Below are positions 58,480 to 64,000 of a stretch of DNA of 64,000 nucleotides, piece after piece. Below the pieces are notes generated by a model. The model searched no databases and had not been told where the DNA came from. It saw nothing but the letters and a program-made list of their open reading frames with translations. How positions within the stretch are numbered: position 1 is the first letter of the stretch; every line of letters begins with the position of its first letter. The DNA lies in contig BCKQ01000003.1 in assembly GCA_001600695.1 (NCBI GenBank), positions 840,587 through 904,586 on the forward strand. Direction: 5' to 3'. The translations under genes were made by a program, and so were the position numbers. Source of the DNA: Ascoidea asiatica JCM 7603. Taxonomy: Eukaryota; Fungi; Ascomycota.

Positions 58480-60147
58480 ATGAAAGTGATATATAATAAT
58501 TTGTTTTATAATTCCAAAAGAACAATTAATTCAATACTATTCAACAATAAAAGAAAATATTCAAATAAATTATCAAATGATATAAATGATATAAATGATA
58601 TAAATGATATAAATGATATAAATGATAGTAAAAACTTAAAAGAAGATAATGTTAAACAATTTCTTGAATTAGATGAAAATGGATATTTACCAATAAGTTT
58701 TAATAATAAAAATTTTAAAAATTTACCAAATCCATTTCAAGTTTATAATTTTATAAATTCAAAACCATTTTTAAAATCTTCAATAAAAAAAGAAGATAAA
58801 TTAATTAATCCAAAAATTTATTATGATTATTATTATAAAAATTTAGAAGAAGAGAAAGAAAAAGAAAAAGAAAAAGAAAATAAAGCTTTTGTACCTGATA
58901 TGTTATATTATAATAAAGAAATGTCACATTATAATATACCAAGATTATCAGTAACAAGTTTATTAACAAATCAATATTGTGAATATAGATTTTTATATGA
59001 TTTATATTCAAATTATAAAAAAGAAACAAAGGCAATGAATTCAGGTAAAAAAATTCATTTTTTTTTAGAAAATGAAATTTATTTCTTAACTCAAGATAAA
59101 TTAAATAATATTAAAGATGAATTAATTAATAAAAAAGTAAATAAATTAAAATTAAGAAATTCAATTGATATTCTTGGTTATAAATGGATAAATAATATAA
59201 TAAGATTAAAAAATTTATTTTTTTTTGGAGAATCAAGAGAAATTTTAGTTCATGGATATTTTAATAAAATTTTAATATCTGGGATTATAGATCATTTAAT
59301 TTTAACAAATTTTAAATTAAAAAATATTGAATTAGAAGAAAATTTAAATTATTTAAGTAAATTTAATTATAAATTTGGTTTTAATAAATTTATAAATTTA
59401 GAAATTAATGAATTTTTTAAAAAATTTGATAATGAAATGAAAGAAATTTTATTAAATTATAAATTTAAAATAATTTTAAGTGATATAAAAAGTAGATATA
59501 TTAAAAAAATTCCAATTCAAAAAAAAATTATAAATTCATCAATTTTTCAAGTTAATTTATATTTTAAATTATTACAAGATTTAATTTTTAAAGATAATAA
59601 TAAAATTTTTTTAAATGAAGATGAAATTTATAAAAAAATTATAAAAAATTGTGAAAATAGAAATTTAAATATTGAAAAAAATATAAATAAAGATTATTTA
59701 AAATTATATATTATTGAATTTCCAGAATTTAAAAAATATGAAAAAAATGGTATAAATTTAAAAAAAATTGGAAAATTATTAAGTAAAATATTATATAGAA
59801 TTGGACCATTTATTAAAATTTCAAATTTTAATAAAAATGAATTAAAAATTGAATATTTACTTAATTATAATGGTAAAATTTTTAAAGAATTAAATTTTTT
59901 AAAATTAAATAATTTCAAATTAAATGAAATTATTGAAAATAATTTTAATCTTTGGTTAGGTAAAAGAGATCCAAAAAGTATTGATGAACCAATATTAAAT
60001 TTAAAAAAAGTTGATGAATTTGGTAATATTGATGAAATTAATTCAAAAGAAGTTGAAGAAATTAATGATATTAAAGAAAGATATTGTAATAAATGTAGAT
60101 ATAAAAAAAAATGTTCTTGGTTTCAAAAAAATAAAACTACAGATTAA
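58480..60147 (+). CDS. EXO5: Exonuclease V (Exo5/Dem1), 4Fe-4S RecB-family nuclease, probably mitochondrial
   Basis: RLSVTSLL...CEY, GKKIH..LE, SREILVHG, SGIIDHL, SDIKSR, QVNLY and C-terminal CNKC-x5-C-SW. The N-terminus is basic and presequence-like. Confidence 0.88.
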   Translation: MKVIYNNLFYNSKRTINSILFNNKRKYSNKLSNDINDINDINDINDINDSKNLKEDNVKQFLELDENGYLPISFNNKNFKNLPNPFQVYNFINSKPFLKSSIKKEDKLINPKIYYDYYYKNLEEEKEKEKEKENKAFVPDMLYYNKEMSHYNIPRLSVTSLLTNQYCEYRFLYDLYSNYKKETKAMNSGKKIHFFLENEIYFLTQDKLNNIKDELINKKVNKLKLRNSIDILGYKWINNIIRLKNLFFFGESREILVHGYFNKILISGIIDHLILTNFKLKNIELEENLNYLSKFNYKFGFNKFINLEINEFFKKFDNEMKEILLNYKFKIILSDIKSRYIKKIPIQKKIINSSIFQVNLYFKLLQDLIFKDNNKIFLNEDEIYKKIIKNCENRNLNIEKNINKDYLKLYIIEFPEFKKYEKNGINLKKIGKLLSKILYRIGPFIKISNFNKNELKIEYLLNYNGKIFKELNFLKLNNFKLNEIIENNFNLWLGKRDPKSIDEPILNLKKVDEFGNIDEINSKEVEEINDIKERYCNKCRYKKKCSWFQKNKTTD

Positions 60148-60289
60148 TTATTAAATTCATCATCAGTTTATCATCAGATACTTTGTATATATATATTATT
60201 ACTTCTTTCCCATACTGTACATTATTTCCTATATTATAAAGTAACAAGAATTTTATCAGTGTTTTATTACTGTTGTTTATTATTTTCTG

Positions 60290-60700
60290 GGCGAGACCAA
60301 GTCTGTGGGAGCCGTCGCAGGCAGGTTTTGAACTAGATCCGGTGCATCCTTGACTGCGGATGTGTCTGCTGACCACAGAATACAATCCGATAACGGACTG
60401 GCCCGGACGTAAGCCACCGGGTCACGCTGCCGCAGCAACTGCGCTTTTTGTTGGCGTGGTTACCAAACGCCCAGACGGCCCTCGGAAATACCCTCGGAGA
60501 TACTAGATGGCTGGCTTGCCGGGGTGGACTAAAACCAGAAAAATAGCCGTTTACAGCACCTCCCACCGGTACACTTACCTCGAGTCTACTTTTCACTATG
60601 CAAAAGTCTGGCCGGAGTGTCACATGTTCTGTTTTTTTGGCTGGCTGTCGGTTCCCAGCACGCTTGGCTTAGAAACAGCCTGCGCTGGTTTAGAAATTGA
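60290..60700 (+). promoter_or_regulatory. GC island upstream of DSE1 with Ace2/Swi5-type cores
   Basis: GCTGG at 60510, 60640 and 60684 (GCTGGT), and CCAGC at 60655. DSE1 is an Ace2 target in S. cerevisiae. Confidence 0.5.
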
Positions 60701-62068
60701 GGAATCTTTTTAAGCTCAATCTGCATTTATATTTTTATTTTACTGGTTTTGAATCAAATATATTCAATTATATTCAATTATATTCAATTATATTCAAATA
60801 TAATCAAATATATTCAAATATTTTCAATCTTTTCAGTAAATTATGGCGAATCAAATCCAAATTCATGTCAATTTAATTACAAATGCGATTTAATGGCTTT
60901 CCAAATATTATTTAAACTTTTATTCTATTAAACATACTTTTTACTCCTGACTTTAACTTACTTAATTTAAATAATAAAATTTAAAGGTAACTTTTTAATA
61001 ATTTCATTTCTTTAATAATTAAAACTAAAATTACAATGGCTAGCTATTTTTTAAATTATAAATCTTAAATGTTAAATCTTATAAATTAATAAGGCTGAAC
61101 GAACGTTTTGAAAAGAAAAGGAACTAATTTTTTCTTGCCTCTTTTTTTTTTTTTTTCAAATTACAATTCTTAAAATATACTCCATGAATTATTCATTTAT
61201 TTCAATTAATCAATTACAATTCCTAGAATATTTTATAAATTATATTCAATATCTCAATTACTTTTCCAAATTAAGCAAGCATTTTATTCTTCTTTATTTT
61301 AATCTCGTCTATTATACTTTTCTTTCTTACATCAATCAATCAATCAATCAATCAATAATATATCTCAATCTTTTAATCAATTATATCCATTTCTTCAACT
61401 CATTCATATTCTAGATCATTAATATATTCTTTTATCTTTTATCTTTTTTCCTCTATCTTTGATCCTTTATCTTTCCTCTTTTCCATAATAAATATCATTA
61501 TCAATATCATTATCATTTTAATTGTGTCATTATTTCATTCAATGTTTTCATTTTCGGATTAATTTATCCTTACCAATGATTTAATTTATTTTTATTTACT
61601 ATATTCATTATATCATTAAATCATTAAATCATAAATCATAATCTTAATCATAAATCATAATCTTAATCATAATCTTAAATTATAATTTATATTAACATCA
61701 TCATAAACAATATTTGTTTTTAATGATCATTAATTTATATTCTATTTATTTATATTCTATTTATTTATATTCTTCATATTCTTTCTTCATACACTTTCTA
61801 ATTATAAATACTCGTCAATTATCCCTTCCCCTTATTCTTTTATTTTCTTAAATAATATTTTATTATTTTATCTTTTTATCCTTTTATATTATTTGTATCT
61901 ATATTTATATATTAATAGTAATAATTTATTACACTCTTACTTTTACTCTCTCAAACTTACTCTTATATTACTTTTCTTGTTATTTTCTTTAATCATTTAT
62001 TATTATTCATTACTATTTCTTTCAATTTATTTCAATTTTCTTTTTAAATCATCTTTAAATTTACTAAA

Positions 62069-63856
62069 ATGATTTCAAATAATTTTGAAAATAATAATAA
62101 TAATAAAAGAAGAAGATTTTCTTCAAGTTATTGGAATTTATCAAAATCTGAAAAATTATTAACTTTTGATTCTACTAAAGCTATTTCAAATGAATCTAAT
62201 AATTTCAATAATTCAAATGATTTAATTTATAATATTGCAACTTCTTCAAATTCTTTAAATCAAAATTTAAAAATTTATCAATTAAATATTTCTAAAAAAT
62301 TTTTAATTTTAAATCAATTAATAACTTTAAAACAAAATTCATATTCTGATATAACTTCATTGAAATGGTTAAATAATTTAAATTTTAATTATATCTCAAA
62401 ATCAAAAAATTCTTTATCAAATAATGATTCTAATTATTATAATAAAAATTTATTATTAGCTGGAAATTCAAATGGTTCTTTAAATTTATTACATATACCT
62501 GATTTAAATTCAAATTCAAATTTAAATTCTGATTATAAAAATGATTTTAAAAATTCTAAAAAAAAAAAAATTTTTACTCAAAATGCAAAAGTTTTAAGAT
62601 CTTTTAATACTTTTAAAAATAAAGAAATTAATAATATTAAAACAATTCCATCAAATTGGTCAATATCTTCAAATAATCAATTTATTGCTTCTTCAAAAAA
62701 TTTTGCAATTCATTTATGGGATATTAATAATAAATTATCTCCAATTTTTTTAGATATTATTCCAAATTTATTAGATTTTGATTTATCTTTAAATAAAAAT
62801 TCAACTTTAGCAATTGCAGGAAATTTTGGTATTTCTTTATTAGATTTAAGAGTTTCAAATCAATCAACTCCATTACCTTCAAAAAAAAATATAAATTCAA
62901 AACCTGCAAATTTAATTAAATGGTCAAAAATTGATTCAAATATTTTAGCTTCTGGTCATAAAGATGGTATTATTAGACTTTGGGATATAAGATCAAATAA
63001 TTATTTCTCAGAATTATATTCAAATCCAATTAATGATAATTTTTTTACTTCTATAGAATTTAATCATAATAATAATAATTTATTTTCAACAACAAATTCA
63101 AATAATTTATATTATTGGGATTTAGAAAAATGTGAAATAGAAATCAATAAAAATAGAGAAGAAAATAAAGTTAATAAATTTACTTTAAATGAAGATTTTA
63201 ATAATATTAATAATAATATTAATAATAATATTAATAATAATAATAATAATGATAATTTTAATTATAAAAAATTAATTGTTAATTCATCACAAGCAGGTAC
63301 TAAATTATCAAATAATTCTTCAATAATTAAAAATATGAATAATAATTTAACAATTTCAATTAATGAAAATGATTTATCTATTCATACAGAAATTGTTAAT
63401 GATATAGATGATATGTTAATGGATAATTTATTATTTGATAAAAATTCATATTTTCAAACAAATGAAAATGAAATGAATAATAAAATAACTAAAAAAGTTA
63501 AATTTGAAGGATTAAAAGAAATATATAAATTTGAAAATCCATATATAGATATTGAAGATACTGATGTTGATATTGATAGTGAACATGATGATATATTTAA
63601 TTGTCCATTAAAATTAAAAACAAATCAACAAGATAGTTCTATTCTGTCAGGTGGACATTCAAGACAAAGTACCTCAGATTCTGTATTTAGTCAAAATAAT
63701 TATATTAATAATATTAGTGATAATATTTCAATTTTTACAATGGAATCAGATTTAAATAATATTAATGTTAAAAAAAGAAATAATAGACTGAGTGATAATT
63801 TATTTTTAAAACCTATATCACCATTAAATGTTAAAAAGCCAATAATTTCAAGTTGA
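62069..63856 (+). CDS. DSE1: Daughter-specific WD40 protein Dse1
   Basis: SSYW, NLKIYQL, LLLAGNSNGSLNL, AKVLRSFN, SPIFL, GISLLDLR and LYYWDL are collinear with Dse1. Confidence 0.78.
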   Translation: MISNNFENNNNNKRRRFSSSYWNLSKSEKLLTFDSTKAISNESNNFNNSNDLIYNIATSSNSLNQNLKIYQLNISKKFLILNQLITLKQNSYSDITSLKWLNNLNFNYISKSKNSLSNNDSNYYNKNLLLAGNSNGSLNLLHIPDLNSNSNLNSDYKNDFKNSKKKKIFTQNAKVLRSFNTFKNKEINNIKTIPSNWSISSNNQFIASSKNFAIHLWDINNKLSPIFLDIIPNLLDFDLSLNKNSTLAIAGNFGISLLDLRVSNQSTPLPSKKNINSKPANLIKWSKIDSNILASGHKDGIIRLWDIRSNNYFSELYSNPINDNFFTSIEFNHNNNNLFSTTNSNNLYYWDLEKCEIEINKNREENKVNKFTLNEDFNNINNNINNNINNNNNNDNFNYKKLIVNSSQAGTKLSNNSSIIKNMNNNLTISINENDLSIHTEIVNDIDDMLMDNLLFDKNSYFQTNENEMNNKITKKVKFEGLKEIYKFENPYIDIEDTDVDIDSEHDDIFNCPLKLKTNQQDSSILSGGHSRQSTSDSVFSQNNYINNISDNISIFTMESDLNNINVKKRNNRLSDNLFLKPISPLNVKKPIISS

Positions 63857-64000
63857 TGATTTAGTTCTTTTTACTTCTTGTTTTTATTTATATGTTTTTA
63901 TTTCTGTTTTTATTTAAATTGGTTGATTTTTGGTATGGATAATTTGTATACACGATTTTATTTACTTGATTATTTTTTTTTAGTTTTTTTTTTTTTTTTT

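Noticed and set aside
60571-60580. ACACTTACCT, resembling the U1 snRNA 5' end (also ATTCTTACCTT on the minus strand near 14690)
   Set aside because: Each has a mismatch, and no U1 loop I, loop II or Sm-site motifs follow.
1-64000. Transposons, LTRs, CRISPR arrays, tRNA and rRNA
   Set aside because: I saw no transposase or RT ORFs, terminal repeats, repeat-spacer arrays or RNA-gene signatures. Degenerate solo LTRs or snoRNAs could be missed by eye.

Overview
Eukaryotic nuclear DNA from an extremely AT-rich budding yeast (Saccharomycotina). The TACTAAC-type introns, near-zero GC3 and long poly-Asn tracts resemble Ascoidea rubescens or a relative; this is inference and cannot be confirmed here. 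I find 19 protein-coding genes: an FLC-family channel (5' partial), a double-PWWP protein, an APC/ACT permease, GTT3, eIF5A, AME1/CENP-U, a giant Sds3-like protein, a TM-RING-H2 ligase, TIF3/eIF4B, a CDT2-like WD40 protein, an unannotated micro-gene, a YGL242C-like ankyrin protein, KAP114, RTF1, GPH1, an RGS2-like protein, a CSR2/ECM21 arrestin, EXO5 and DSE1. I reconstructed four spliceosomal introns by hand. Three correct the 5' ends of eIF5A, AME1 and TIF3. The fourth reveals a 57-aa CxxC-x14-CxxC micro-protein gene (35815-36112) missing from the ORF track, which is the best novelty candidate. Also notable: complementary repeats in the 914-nt eIF5A intron, an Sds3-family protein with a ~1370-aa prion-like extension, a probable CDT2 (absent from S. 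cerevisiae), and sharp GC-rich islands in promoters while coding DNA is GC-poor. I saw no tRNA, rRNA, transposon or CRISPR. All homology calls come from recalled motifs, not database searches.
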